A DNA stretch of 10,843 bases from Candidatus Omnitrophota bacterium (GCA_017993955.1 JAGOLR010000052.1:1-10843); one strand, 5' to 3'. Numbered from the stretch's first letter, positions 1 through 7,703 are shown. Notes: generated from the sequence alone by a model not told the origin. Program-made: numbers and translations.

Positions 1-119
1 GATCCAGGATTCAGGACGACGACAGATTTCCTTACGGTAGTCGGCTGGGTCGCGGGAGCTCTTCTCAGTTCGGAATGACCGTCGCTAAACTATTTTTATG
101 TGAAGGACGGGTTATTGTA

Positions 120-662
120 ATGGAGTTATTCTTAAAGGCCATAGCTATATTCATCATAGCCTCAGCGGTCGGCGTGTCATCCTGCGGTTGCGCGACTATG
201 AAGAATACCAAGATACCCGAATCATTCTCAGAGCTGGGATATTGCGCCGGGTGCAAAAGAGTGATGGCCTTGGACGGCATATCGGATAATACGGCATGTC
301 TGTGCCCTAACTGCGACGAGGAATTTATAGCCAAGGACGCCAAATACAAATTCAAGAGACGATGTGCGGATCTGAAGAACCAGAAGACGGCGGGAGGGGT
401 GCTAACAGCTGCTATGATGGCGGCATCGGTGGCCGGAGTCATGTTCGGGGTCCCGATACCTCCGCCTCCGGTGTCGGAAGAGACGTTTAAGCCTTACGAG
501 TTACCGCAGGTGGTTACGTGTAAAAAGGCCAGCCCTCTGGATCAGGCCCTTATTCAACCTGCGTCGCCTGAGCTTGTCCCTCACGGCGGGATCAAGACGC
601 CCGCGGAAGAAGAGGAAGACTTAAACGTAGAAAACAGCGATTCTATATCGATGGCAGAATAA
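120..662 (+). CDS. Hypothetical membrane protein or lipoprotein with a zinc-ribbon Cys cluster. Start 120 preferred over the track start at 75.
   Basis: The ORF is in frame from 75, but the Met at 120 gives a canonical 22-aa signal-like N-terminus (MELFLKAIAIFIIASAVGVSSC) with a lipobox-like VSSC. A zinc-ribbon-like cluster CAGC-x16-CLCPNC follows. There is a second hydrophobic segment (GGVLTAAMMAASVAGVMFGV), then a PIPPPP linker and an acidic C-terminal tail (EEEED). The overlapping minus-strand ORF 65..442 looks like antisense. Confidence 0.55.
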   Translation: MELFLKAIAIFIIASAVGVSSCGCATMKNTKIPESFSELGYCAGCKRVMALDGISDNTACLCPNCDEEFIAKDAKYKFKRRCADLKNQKTAGGVLTAAMMAASVAGVMFGVPIPPPPVSEETFKPYELPQVVTCKKASPLDQALIQPASPELVPHGGIKTPAEEEEDLNVENSDSISMAE

Positions 663-666
663 TATA

Positions 667-2010
667 ATGGGAACCTTAAGAACAACGCGCTTATTGATGC
701 TACTTTCTTCCGCTTTCTTTTTCATTTCAGTGAAATATGTTTTTTGCGCTGATGCGGAAGATATGAGCGGTCATAAAAACCATGCCGTCCATCATCACGA
801 GGATCGCGCAGATATCGTAGATAAATCAAAAAAGGTCTCCGGGCATTCCGATATGCACGGGTTTTACGGCAAGTACCCTATGGCGCGCGAAACTACCGGC
901 ACAAGCTGGCAGCCTGATTCATCTCCGCTGGAGGGTGTCCATGCTATGGCAGGTGATTGGATATTTATGCTGCACGGGTTTTGCGACGGTATAATAAACA
1001 TGCAAGGTGGCTCCCGCGGGAATGACATGACGTATTCTACCAACATGCTTATGTTCATGATGCAGCACCCATTTGCCGGCGGCACGTGGGGAGCCAGGAG
1101 CATGATATCGCTCGAGCCCACACTCGGCAGGGATGGTTATCCGCTTCTTTTGCAGACCGGCGAGACCGCAAACGGTCAAACCCATCTCATCGATCGTCAG
1201 CATCCGCACGATTGCGTGATGGAGCTGGCCACAACTTACAGCTATTCTTTCGAGAATGCCTCTTCCTTCTTTTTCTATTTTGGTATCCCGGGTGAGCCCG
1301 CGCTCGGCCCCACGCCTTTTATGCACCGTTTCAGCGGCGAGACTATACCGGATGCCCCGATTACGCATCACTGGCTTGATTCTACGCATATAACGTACGG
1401 AGTGATAACGTTCGGATATATTAAGGATGGCATAAAGATAGAAAATTCTTTTTTTCGCGGTAGAGAGCCCGACCAATTCAGGTGGAATATAGAAACGCCC
1501 CGCATGGATTCATATTCTTTAAGATTCACGATAAACCCGACAAAAGATATGTCGATCCAAGCCAGCTATGGTCATCTGGCGAGTCCTGAACAGCTGTCTC
1601 CCGATATGGACGTCGATCGCCTAACCGCGTCTGCCACATATAACAAAAATTTCCAAAATGTCACCTGGCAGACCACGCTATGCTATGGCCAGAACTGGAA
1701 TCATCCGGGGCGTTCATTGCCCGGATTCTTGGCGGAATCGACAGCCCTTTTTTATGAACGTCTATTTTTATTTACTAGGGGTGAATTTGTGTACAAAGAC
1801 GAACTTTTTCAGCATGATGAGCAGTTTGACGGAGAAGTATTCGCTGTCGGTAAGGTATCGGGAGGGTTATTGTACGATTTTTTTAAGACCGCAGAATTAC
1901 GCATAGGGATAGGATATTCCGCAAGCCTCTCATTTTACCCCGACAGCATAGACTTTGCGTATGGAGATGCTCCGTGGTCGCATATAATATTTGCGCGGAT
2001 CAGGATATAG
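667..2010 (+). CDS. Secreted protein, probably an outer-membrane beta-barrel, with a His-rich and Met-rich N-terminal region that may bind metal.
   Basis: 447 aa. The N-terminus is a signal peptide (MGTLRTTRLLMLLSSAFFFISVKYVFCADA). A His cluster follows immediately (HKNHAVHHHEDR, GHSDMHG), together with Met-rich stretches (NMLMFMMQHPF). The rest shows the alternating aromatic/hydrophilic pattern typical of beta-strand-rich outer-membrane proteins. No family was recognised with certainty. Confidence 0.75.
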   Translation: MGTLRTTRLLMLLSSAFFFISVKYVFCADAEDMSGHKNHAVHHHEDRADIVDKSKKVSGHSDMHGFYGKYPMARETTGTSWQPDSSPLEGVHAMAGDWIFMLHGFCDGIINMQGGSRGNDMTYSTNMLMFMMQHPFAGGTWGARSMISLEPTLGRDGYPLLLQTGETANGQTHLIDRQHPHDCVMELATTYSYSFENASSFFFYFGIPGEPALGPTPFMHRFSGETIPDAPITHHWLDSTHITYGVITFGYIKDGIKIENSFFRGREPDQFRWNIETPRMDSYSLRFTINPTKDMSIQASYGHLASPEQLSPDMDVDRLTASATYNKNFQNVTWQTTLCYGQNWNHPGRSLPGFLAESTALFYERLFLFTRGEFVYKDELFQHDEQFDGEVFAVGKVSGGLLYDFFKTAELRIGIGYSASLSFYPDSIDFAYGDAPWSHIIFARIRI

Positions 2011-2082
2011 CGGCTTGAATGACTTGTGTGAAAAGTTTATTTGTGTGATATCATATTTGATAAGCGATGAAAGGAGACGGTG

Positions 2083-2592
2083 ATGTTCAGGAAGACGGTA
2101 TTTTTTTTATTGATGGCGGCGGTGATCGGTTCGAATCAATTATGTTTTGCGGAAAAATTACAGCTTAAATTCGACGAACGGAGCTGGCAGCTGGGTTATA
2201 ACGCGCAGGACGAGAGCCAAGGATTGAGGGAGTATGTATTGAAAGGGGAGACCGTTGAGAATTGGGGAGAGCTTATTACGGCCCAGGCGTTTTTCGGACT
2301 GCAGAAAAAAGTCAACGCCGACGGTTACGCAAGCAGTATGCTCATGACCCTGAAAAAGGCCTGCCCGGACCTGGTTTGGAAGTCCATATCGAAGACCCAG
2401 GACGACATATTGATGGAGTGGGAGATAAAGGATTGTCCGGGCCAGCCTGACCAGTATGAGATAGACCGGATAATTTCGGGTAGCGAAGCCGTATACGTCA
2501 TACATTACGCAACTAAGCGCTTGCCCGTTTCGGACGAGATGCGCGATAAATGGCTCGATATAATGTCCAAGGTGAAGCTTTTAAAGTCCTAA
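2083..2592 (+). CDS. Small secreted hypothetical protein, about 145 aa when mature.
   Basis: ATG at 2083 is preceded by AAGGAG at 2072-2077. The track lists a GTG at 2080 as the first codon. Signal peptide is MFRKTVFFLLMAAVIGSNQLCFA. The mature protein is hydrophilic, has two Cys residues, and matches no recognised family. Confidence 0.75.
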   Translation: MFRKTVFFLLMAAVIGSNQLCFAEKLQLKFDERSWQLGYNAQDESQGLREYVLKGETVENWGELITAQAFFGLQKKVNADGYASSMLMTLKKACPDLVWKSISKTQDDILMEWEIKDCPGQPDQYEIDRIISGSEAVYVIHYATKRLPVSDEMRDKWLDIMSKVKLLKS

Positions 2593-2617
2593 GAGTACAA
2601 ATACGCCGGAGGGCTTT

Positions 2618-3322
2618 ATGAAGAAGTTCTTCTTCTTATTTTTTTTATCGTTCTTATTTATCGATATCGCGGCATCGGCGCGCCTTTATGCCGCTCCTTC
2701 CTGCGGCACCAGGCTGCCGCCGCAAAAAAAATTCGAGTGGGGATATGAATATAACTCGATGTTTAAAGACCGCTTGAGTCATGACTTCGGCTACATGCAG
2801 ACTCAGGACCATTTTATCACCCTTTCATGCGGTGTCGCCGACTGGTTCTCCATAGACGGTAAGATAGGTTTCGGCGATGTCACGCAGCGTGGCGGCAAAC
2901 TGCCGCATCTTGATTATAACACGAGTTTCGCGGGAGGTTACGGATTCCGTTTCAGGGTATACCGCAACGAAAAATTGGGTTTGCGCGGGATTGTAGGGTT
3001 CCAACACATATGTGTCCATCCTTGGGCAAGGAGCATCGATGATGACAAGTACGAGTCGATCCTGGATGATTGGCAGGGGAGCGCCCTTCTGGCCAAGGAT
3101 TTCAAATTCGTTACATTGTACGCCGGCATGAAAGGGTCGGATGGCCAGATAATATACACTGTAAACAAGCACGATAAGAAGAGGGTTTCGTCGGACTGGC
3201 ATCTGGGATTGATAACCGGCATAGAGGTGTATCTCTTACCCGATAAAAAAACGCGCCTTAGCGCGGAAGGCCGTTTTTTCGATGAAACCGCGTTGAGCGC
3301 GTCGATATCTTATCTATTCTGA
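2618..3322 (+). CDS. Outer-membrane beta-barrel protein of unknown family.
   Basis: RBS GGAGGG lies 5 nt upstream of the ATG. Signal peptide is MKKFFFLFFLSFLFIDIAASA. The protein ends in ...SISYLF with a terminal Phe, the classic beta-barrel outer-membrane-protein C-terminal signature. Alternating hydrophobic residues and frequent Gly, Tyr and Phe fit this. Confidence 0.8.
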   Translation: MKKFFFLFFLSFLFIDIAASARLYAAPSCGTRLPPQKKFEWGYEYNSMFKDRLSHDFGYMQTQDHFITLSCGVADWFSIDGKIGFGDVTQRGGKLPHLDYNTSFAGGYGFRFRVYRNEKLGLRGIVGFQHICVHPWARSIDDDKYESILDDWQGSALLAKDFKFVTLYAGMKGSDGQIIYTVNKHDKKRVSSDWHLGLITGIEVYLLPDKKTRLSAEGRFFDETALSASISYLF

Positions 3323-3326
3323 AAAA

Positions 3327-4907
3327 ATGAAAAATTTCTATAAATGTATCACGGCGCTTTTTTTTATTTTGGCCTCGGCCTGGATATTTACTATCTGGCC
3401 TTGTCATTTATTTTACGCAGCGGACGAGATAGATCCATTCAAAAGAGGCGAGGTGTATCTAAATAACAGGGAGTTTGACAAGGCTATATCGGAGTTCTCC
3501 GTAGTGATTAGGGGCAATCCTTCCGATTCGCGGGCGTATTTTAATCGCGGTTTTGCCTATTTCAATAAGGGTATGCTCAAGAGGGCGCTGGAGGATATAA
3601 GTAAGGCCATCGATCTTGATCCGGCGTCGGCGGATGCTTACAATGCAAGGGGCGTGATACTGATATCGCAGGGCATTTTTTTCCGTGCCATAAAAGATTG
3701 CGAGAAGGCCATAGAGCTAGCCCCCGGAAATCCCCATGCTTACAATAATCGGGCAGTGGCATATCGCGGGGTAGGCCGCCTGGATCTATCCCTAGTAGAT
3801 CTGGACAAGGCCATAAGTCTAAATCCATCATACGGAGTTGCTTACAGGAACCGCGCCATAACATATTACATGAAGAGGAATTTTGACCTTTGCGAGGCTG
3901 ACATAGAAAAAGCCAGAGCTCTGGGGATTGTCATTCCGGAAGATTTCATGAACGCCTTGAATAAGGCAAAGGGTATGCGCCATCTTATTATGGCGGCTGA
4001 CCGCATAAAAGGTATGTGGGTAAACAAAAAAGGAGGCAGTATGGCTATGGGTTTTATTCTGGTGATGGGAATAATAATGCTATTCTTCGCGGGGATCAGG
4101 ATAGTCCGACCGACCCACAGGGCCTTGATCGAAAGGCTTGGTAAATATGCGAGGTTCGCGGAGCCGGGTTTTCACTGGGTCATACCTGTGATCGACCGTA
4201 TGTATCAGGTGAATGTGACAGAGCAGATGGTCGACGCAGAGCCTCAGGAGATAATAACAAATGACAACCTGAATGCCCGCGTCGACGCCCAGGTATATTT
4301 CCGGGTGAAATCCGACGAAGAGAGCGTAAAGAGCTCTCAGTACAATGTCAATAATTACCAGTTCCAGATAGTTAATCTTGCCCGCACTACTCTCAGGAAC
4401 ATCATAGGCACCCTTACGCTCAAATCCGCCAATAGCGAGCGGGGCAAGATAAACGCCGAGCTCCACAAGACTCTATGCGACGAGACCAAGAGCTGGGGCC
4501 TGGATATAGTACGCACCGAACTAAAAGAGATAGACCCTCCGAAGGATGTCCAGGAGACGATGAATAAGGTAGTAAAGGCCGAGAACGAGAAGATCGCGGC
4601 CGTAGATTTCGCTACAGCTACCGAAACCGCCGCAGACGGCGCCAGGCGCGCGGAGATCAAGAGGGCCGAAGGTATCAAACAGGCCAAGATACTTGCCGCC
4701 CAAGGCGAGGCCGAAGCCATAAAGCTTGTAAACGAAGCCGCCGAGGAATACTTTGTCGGGAATGCCCAGGTCCTGCGGAAACTGGAAGCGGTCGAAAATT
4801 CTCTAAAGAGTAATGCGAAGATAGTGGTTCCGACAAACACAGAACTTGTGAATGTCATAGGTGAAATGGCCGGCGTTCTGCCGCTCAAGGATAAGTCAAA
4901 GGAATAG
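3327..4907 (+). CDS. TPR-repeat domain fused in frame to an SPFH/band-7 (stomatin/prohibitin/HflKC-like) membrane protein, or two genes sharing a frame with no intervening stop.
   Basis: One 526-aa ORF. Residues 1-30 form a signal peptide or transmembrane segment. Residues about 41-200 hold roughly five TPR units (AYFNRGFAYFNKG..., AYNARGVIL..., AYNNRAVAYRGVG..., AYRNRAITYY...). From residue 239 (MAMGFILVMGIIMLFFAGIRIVRPTHRALIERLGKYARFAEPGFHWVIPVIDRMYQVNVTEQ...) the sequence is a canonical SPFH/band-7 N-terminus, with the transmembrane helix followed by the conserved core. It continues into a Glu/Ala/Lys-rich coiled-coil C-terminus. Confidence 0.85.
   Translation: MKNFYKCITALFFILASAWIFTIWPCHLFYAADEIDPFKRGEVYLNNREFDKAISEFSVVIRGNPSDSRAYFNRGFAYFNKGMLKRALEDISKAIDLDPASADAYNARGVILISQGIFFRAIKDCEKAIELAPGNPHAYNNRAVAYRGVGRLDLSLVDLDKAISLNPSYGVAYRNRAITYYMKRNFDLCEADIEKARALGIVIPEDFMNALNKAKGMRHLIMAADRIKGMWVNKKGGSMAMGFILVMGIIMLFFAGIRIVRPTHRALIERLGKYARFAEPGFHWVIPVIDRMYQVNVTEQMVDAEPQEIITNDNLNARVDAQVYFRVKSDEESVKSSQYNVNNYQFQIVNLARTTLRNIIGTLTLKSANSERGKINAELHKTLCDETKSWGLDIVRTELKEIDPPKDVQETMNKVVKAENEKIAAVDFATATETAADGARRAEIKRAEGIKQAKILAAQGEAEAIKLVNEAAEEYFVGNAQVLRKLEAVENSLKSNAKIVVPTNTELVNVIGEMAGVLPLKDKSKE
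4031..4036 (+). promoter_or_regulatory. Internal Shine-Dalgarno AGGAGG, 4 nt upstream of the in-frame ATG at 4041 where the SPFH module begins.
   Basis: The sequence aaaaaaggaggcagtATGgctATG lies inside ORF 3327..4907. This is the strongest SD-like motif in the window and sits exactly where a stand-alone band-7 protein would start. Confidence 0.5.
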
Positions 4908-4913
4908 GCTGAT

Positions 4914-5333
4914 ATGCACAGGCGCGTGGCAATAGTATCTCTGGCGGTATGCCTCTTAACATCAGGATGCGGGACGATACGTTCCGAAAGGATAGCCGAA
5001 AACGTGCCTCTTGGTGTTTCGAAAAACGATGTCATAAAAAAAGTAGGACATCCGGCTATTGTAAGAGGCGCCTTCTCGAAAGATGACGGAGAAAAGGTAG
5101 AGGTTTGGGAATATAAGGTCGGCCGCGGTAAATCATTCGAGAAAGTCTTCGGAGAGGCCGCTTATACGGCCTTTACTATAGGTTCCGGCGGTCAGGTGCT
5201 TGTAAGCGCGGCAGATACCGGAAGGATCTGGGTATATTTTGTAAGCGATAAATTTGCAGGATGGACACCGGCGGGGGACTGGGCCAGAGACACGGAACGT
5301 ATGCGTCAGATGAGATTCAATACGAGGTACTAA
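4914..5333 (+). CDS. Small lipoprotein, possibly BamE-like (SmpA_OmlA).
   Basis: Lipobox: MHRRVAIVSLAVCLLTSGC. The core GVSKNDVIKKVGHPAIVRGAFSKDDGEKVEVWEYKV resembles the SmpA/OmlA (BamE) pattern G-x-(T/S)-K-x-x-V-x-x-x-(L/V)-G-x-P ... E-x-W-x-Y. The family call is tentative. Confidence 0.7.
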   Translation: MHRRVAIVSLAVCLLTSGCGTIRSERIAENVPLGVSKNDVIKKVGHPAIVRGAFSKDDGEKVEVWEYKVGRGKSFEKVFGEAAYTAFTIGSGGQVLVSAADTGRIWVYFVSDKFAGWTPAGDWARDTERMRQMRFNTRY

Positions 5334-5336
5334 AAT

Positions 5337-6110
5337 ATGAGCGATATGATATTATGCAAGGCTTGCGGCAAAGAGACGACCAGGTTCGCCCCCAGTTGTC
5401 TCAACTGCGGCGCTGCGCTCCAGGAGCCGGCTCCAAAAGAACCTGCGGTGGAAGTTAAAGAGACTAAGGGGGAAGAGGTTATTGACAGATCGGCTGTACT
5501 GCAGTTTAAAAAATGTCCGTACTGCGCGGAAGAGATACACTATGAGGCCATAAAATGTAAATTCTGCGGGGAAATACTTAAGAAAGGGCCGAAAAAAGGC
5601 AACCTGAAGTTAACCTTTTTTATCATAGCCGGTATATTTTTCTTATTAATTGCCGGTATAGGTTTAAGTGTCATTCTTAAAGGCGTCAGATACGACGATT
5701 TCCTCAAGACTTTCGCGATATCTTTTTCTTCGGACAGTTCATCGGTCGATAAACAGGCCGCGAATTCAAAAGCCGATTATATTAAAAACTACACGGCCCT
5801 GACGGGCATAGGTACCTTTGACGAGATAACCCCCAAGGCAGTCGCCCCCTCAAAATACGCTTATGGTACAATAAAAAATAACGGTAATAAGACCATAGAT
5901 AAAGTTAAAGTGAATGTATATTATCTTAATAAGACCGGTAAGCGCATCGGAGAGGACGCGGGATGGTCCGGATTCAAGACTTTGAAGGGCAAGCCGGATG
6001 TCTTGAAACCGGCCGATGCGAAAGAATTCCAGTTCCTTATAGTCAATACCAATCCAGAATGGTTCGGTAGGATAGAGGCCAGGATAACAGATATAGAATT
6101 TGTGGAATAA
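5337..6110 (+). CDS. Membrane protein with a double zinc-ribbon.
   Basis: Two CxxC...CxxC zinc-ribbon motifs at the N-terminus (CKACGKE...CLNCGAAL and CPYCAEE...CKFCGEIL). One transmembrane helix follows (LTFFIIAGIFFLLIAGIGLSVIL), then a C-terminal extracytoplasmic domain of about 150 aa rich in Lys, Asn and Gly that could be an Ig-like beta-sandwich (unverified). Confidence 0.75.
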   Translation: MSDMILCKACGKETTRFAPSCLNCGAALQEPAPKEPAVEVKETKGEEVIDRSAVLQFKKCPYCAEEIHYEAIKCKFCGEILKKGPKKGNLKLTFFIIAGIFFLLIAGIGLSVILKGVRYDDFLKTFAISFSSDSSSVDKQAANSKADYIKNYTALTGIGTFDEITPKAVAPSKYAYGTIKNNGNKTIDKVKVNVYYLNKTGKRIGEDAGWSGFKTLKGKPDVLKPADAKEFQFLIVNTNPEWFGRIEARITDIEFVE

Positions 6111-6124
6111 CGGAGCCGAAAGCG

Positions 6125-6847
6125 ATGCAGCCGCTTTTCCAGTGTGTCAGGGAACGGGAAATCGAATTAAACGACGTGAAGGATATCGTTATAACCGGGG
6201 ATGTCGGGTGTACCGGTTTTGATGACGAAAGTAAGGCTGTATTGGCTTCGATACTTCGCCACAAGGCCGATATTTTTTTGATACTGGGTGATCTCGCTTT
6301 TACGGGTGAAAAAAAAGAGATTCAGGAAATTATGGATTTTTGCAACAAGCGAGCCACCGCGCCGGTCTATTCTCTCTGCGGAAATCACGACATTCCCGGA
6401 TATAAGGATTTTTGCGGCCTATCTTCATACGCCCTTATCTTTCCCGGTATCGCCTGTGTCTTGCTGGACAATTCGACATCCCGTTTTCTCGCCTCGGATA
6501 TGGAGTTCCTGGAAAAAATATTTAACAAATACGCCGATAAGAAATTCATAATATTTTTTCATATACCTCCGCCTTTTGCATCCCTGGCTTCCGCCATGTC
6601 GGATATGGAATGGAGTAGGATAAGGAATATTACGGATAAGTTCAAGGACAGGATAGTTTGTATGATATGCGGCCATATTCACGGATTTTACGAATATATA
6701 AAAGACGGGTACAGGATATTTATAACAGCAGGAGGCGGCGGTAAGATGTTATACGATCTGCCGGAAGGAGGATCCAAACTATATCACGCTCTTAAGGTAT
6801 CGGTCGGAGGCGATGTGCCGGTCGAGATCAAAGTCATCCCCGTATAA
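6125..6847 (+). CDS. Calcineurin-like metallophosphoesterase.
   Basis: The phosphoesterase motifs are in the canonical order: ITGDVG (motif I, where Gly/Cys replaces the usual His), ILGDLAFTG (motif II), CGNHDIP (GNHD/E, motif III), FFHIPP (motif IV) and ICGHIHG (GHxH, motif V). RBS GGAG lies upstream of ATG 6125. Confidence 0.8.
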   Translation: MQPLFQCVREREIELNDVKDIVITGDVGCTGFDDESKAVLASILRHKADIFLILGDLAFTGEKKEIQEIMDFCNKRATAPVYSLCGNHDIPGYKDFCGLSSYALIFPGIACVLLDNSTSRFLASDMEFLEKIFNKYADKKFIIFFHIPPPFASLASAMSDMEWSRIRNITDKFKDRIVCMICGHIHGFYEYIKDGYRIFITAGGGGKMLYDLPEGGSKLYHALKVSVGGDVPVEIKVIPV

Positions 6848-6860
6848 AAAAGGAGGTAGT

Positions 6861-7679
6861 ATGTATCTGAAGAGATTTGTGATCTATACGGCCATGGCGG
6901 CCGCGGTATTTTTTTATCCTTTCGGGGCCCGGGCCGAAGAAGCGCCTGGTCCTACAGATGCCGGTAAGGTCCGGCCGGGCATGTCTGCTGCCGTGGTCGA
7001 TCAAAGGGCGCTTGATGCGCTGAAGGGAATGAGCGATGCCCTTAAATCGGCCAAGACACTTAGTTTCCGCGCGAGAAGTCTGGAGCCTATAAAAAGTCCG
7101 GCAGGAATGTGGGTGATACTTTTCAGCGATTCCCGCGTTATGATACAGGAACCGGATAAATTGTTCGTGGAGAAACGAGGCGACGTATTCGCCCTTGATT
7201 TCTATTTTGACGGCAAGACCATTTCGCTATATTCGCCTGCCAGAAACGTCTTCGCGCAGAAGGAAAGCCCCGGCACCATAGATGACGTGATCGAAAATGT
7301 TAACCGGCAATCCGATAACCCTTTCCCTTATTCCGATATATTGATATCGGATCCGTACTCCAGACTTACCTCCGACCTTGTCGGCGCGGTATATGTCGGA
7401 CGTTCTACGCTGGGCGGCGTCAAGACCGACCATCTGGCGTTCTCCAATAAAGGTGTCGACTGGCAGATATGGATAGGCGTCGATGACAAACTTCCGCGGC
7501 TTGTCAACGCGACTTATCTCGATGACGCTTCAGAGCCGAGTTACACCGTGGAATTCACCGACTGGAAAATAGACGACGCGCTCTCCCCGGAAATTTTCGC
7601 TTATCAAAACTCTACCCAGGCTTCTCAGATAGAATTCCGCAAACCCGGCAGGATAGAGCCGGATAGCCCAAGACCTTAA
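6861..7679 (+). CDS. Periplasmic/secreted hypothetical protein, possibly a LolA-like fold. Start 6861 preferred over the track start at 6813.
   Basis: AAAGGAGG sits 4 nt upstream of ATG 6861, and the 16 codons from 6813 to 6860 read as an upstream artefact extension. Signal peptide is MYLKRFVIYTAMAAAVFFYPFGARA. The mature domain is about 250 aa. The LolA-like call (DUF2092-type) is a loose impression only. Confidence 0.7.
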   Translation: MYLKRFVIYTAMAAAVFFYPFGARAEEAPGPTDAGKVRPGMSAAVVDQRALDALKGMSDALKSAKTLSFRARSLEPIKSPAGMWVILFSDSRVMIQEPDKLFVEKRGDVFALDFYFDGKTISLYSPARNVFAQKESPGTIDDVIENVNRQSDNPFPYSDILISDPYSRLTSDLVGAVYVGRSTLGGVKTDHLAFSNKGVDWQIWIGVDDKLPRLVNATYLDDASEPSYTVEFTDWKIDDALSPEIFAYQNSTQASQIEFRKPGRIEPDSPRP

Positions 7680-7703
7680 GACGGACAATAAAGGAGCCTA
7701 AAT

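Noticed and set aside
1-6. GATC at the very start and GAATTCCGGGG at the very end of the window (restriction-site-like termini).
   Set aside because: Probably coincidental or a cloning/assembly boundary. It carries no biological meaning within the sequence.
65-442. Minus-strand 125-aa ORF overlapping gene 120..662.
   Set aside because: The translation is Ser/Ala/Leu-rich with no motifs, typical of the antisense of a coding region. The + frame has a zinc ribbon and signal peptide.
919-1476. Minus-strand ORFs (864..1121, 919..1476) and + ORF 1086..1295 inside the 667..2010 gene.
   Set aside because: These are alternative-frame or antisense artefacts. They have no start context and show Arg/Ser-rich junk composition.
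2011-2082. Possible promoter in the 72-nt gap (TTGAAT ... TATCATATTTGAT) upstream of gene 2083.
   Set aside because: The -35/-10 spacing and match are weak. The promoter consensus of this lineage is unknown, and no terminator hairpin precedes it.
4355-5035. 226-aa minus-strand ORF antisense to the SPFH coiled-coil region.
   Set aside because: It is extremely Ser/Ala-rich, the typical antisense of a GAA/GCC-rich coiled-coil coding sequence. No RBS.
5261-5458. 65-aa + strand ORF bridging genes 4914 and 5337.
   Set aside because: Out-of-frame overlap of two well-supported genes, Arg/Gly-rich, no RBS.
6813-6860. 16-codon upstream extension of gene 6861 (track start 6813).
   Set aside because: It overlaps the end of the phosphoesterase gene. 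A strong AAAGGAGG RBS sits directly before ATG 6861 and a signal peptide begins there.
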